Positions 62,661-64,000 of a stretch of 64,000 bases of DNA are shown piece by piece. The DNA is taken from assembly GCA_038496445.1 (NCBI GenBank), contig JALMLS010000508.1, positions 1 to 64,000 on the forward strand, read 5' to 3'. A program made the position numbers and the translations under genes. The stretch is from Trichosphaerium sp. ATCC 40318. Taxonomy: Eukaryota > Protista > Tubulinea. The notes below the pieces were generated by a model. The model was not told the DNA's origin, made no database searches, and saw nothing but the letters and a program-made list of their open reading frames with translations. Within the stretch, counting starts at the first letter, position 1. Each line of letters begins with the position of its first letter.

Positions 62661-63420
62661 TTTATGGTCAGAGTGTTGGTTAATTCGTCTAACAATGGCA
62701 GCGTTAGTTTTAGACGTCTAAGAAATGTGATAAATTGATTACAAACGAGTAGTATATTGCCGGAGAAAGGTAATTTATAAAGCTAACAAGGGTGCCTTAA
62801 TGACTTGGTCATCGTCCTTAGTATCGTGTTTGAAAATTCATTAGTTCTCAGACACCTAAAAGTGCTCCCAACGATTACAGTCAGTGACCTTAATTTATGA
62901 TCCTACAATAGTGTGCTGTTAATGATAGAACTGTTGTCAGTTGCCTTTTTGTAGTTGTGTTTGACGTTATCTTCGCTGTCCTTTAATAGATGTTTGTAGC
63001 CACCCTCTGAGAAATGGAAATCTAGCTCACTTGTTTATGGTTTTTTATTGCTATGCTGGCAGTAACTGTGTCGGTTTTCATTAAAACTGAGACATTTTCA
63101 ATTGAACGAGACTTGTTTTTGCTGAATGCGACTGGTGGTACAAAATATACTTATGCAATATCATCCGCAAGCTTCCTTGCTAAGAAAACCATTGTGAAGT
63201 CAATCTCATAGATGTATTGTTGTTTTACGCTGACAACATTACTCGGTACATATTCCTTCATAGCCAAGCAAAAGTGTGCTGAAAGTTATAAAATGGTTTG
63301 GAGGGAGGCAGAATGGACATTCGAATTAAAGTAGCTTTGGCCTTTGTAACTCCATCCAAATATTTGATGAGTACATTGTCAACATATTTTGGTTTGATGT
63401 ACACGTGTTTCTTTGAGAGA

Positions 63421-63738
63421 TCAAGAACGCTTTGTGCACTTTTTTCTCACATGCTTTAATACACAAGTTATCAATTGTGTGGATTGGTTGACAACGGTGT
63501 TTCGGTCTTCTACATACACACAGCTTCTTGATACCACACCCATCGGTGTTGTATCATGTGATAAAACGACATAGTGAGGAAGGAACTTTTTGTTTTGGTG
63601 TTGCTGGTCTGACATGATACAACTTGGATTACCTTTGATGGATACAAGAAGTGTTCCTATTGGAGGTATTCGCCTCTCATACCGATATAGTAAAGTATTT
63701 GAAGAGTGAACTTCAAAAGCGCTGACATAATAAACACC
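63421..63738 (-). CDS. Possible terminal exon of an unknown gene
   Basis: About 105 open codons downstream of a gtatgt...tttag intron; no recognisable motif. Confidence 0.25.
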   Translation of the reverse strand, partial: GVYYVSAFEVHSSNTLLYRYERRIPPIGTLLVSIKGNPSCIMSDQQHQNKKFLPHYVVLSHDTTPMGVVSRSCVYVEDRNTVVNQSTQLITCVLKHVRKKCTKRS

Positions 63739-64000
63739 TAAACAATAGAAAATTAGTCTCAGTTCTTAGCTGCATAAAAAGAAACGTTGATCTCGATTAC
63801 ATACCTTTATTATTATCGTTTTTCGCTATCTCGAATTACACCTTCCTCAACTTTGACTGAGTTACTGTCACCACCAGGTTGAGGCCATACGAGTGTAAAC
63901 TTTGTCTCTTTGCAGATTGAAAATTGGAGCTAACAAGTAAACTGAGGTACTGAACACTCACATAGTGTTGAATGCTTTGTACCGTACCTTATGTTCGCAC

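Overview
AT-rich eukaryotic nuclear DNA with many short spliceosomal introns (about 40-250 nt). It most likely comes from an amoebozoan protist, inferred from a Dictyostelium-type STAT and a tectonin-like lectin. Intron-rich genes (GH3, DUF218, GNAT, phospholipase C, STAT, NOL10/Enp2, papain-type protease, tectonin-like lectin, PIG-H-like) are interleaved with an expanded set of intron-poor F-box-like + repeat genes: 6 intact F-box/LRR, 3 F-box/MORN2 and 1 intron-rich F-box/Ras, plus pseudogenes and scattered fragments. MITE-like elements, a perfect 196-bp inverted repeat and a tRNA-Asp-like gene are also present. The most striking items are: (1) a roughly 18-exon gene, invisible in the ORF track, encoding six tandem ~75-aa Trp-rich repeats fused to a PD-(D/E)XK/RAP-like nuclease domain; (2) F-box LRR arrays with a fixed framework and hypervariable surface positions, next to a G76D ubiquitin variant and an F-box/Ras lacking the P-loop lysine; (3) strong CACGTG enrichment, partly tied to GC-AG introns with GCACGT donors. 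All gene models were spliced by eye, so boundaries are approximate and no database search was run.
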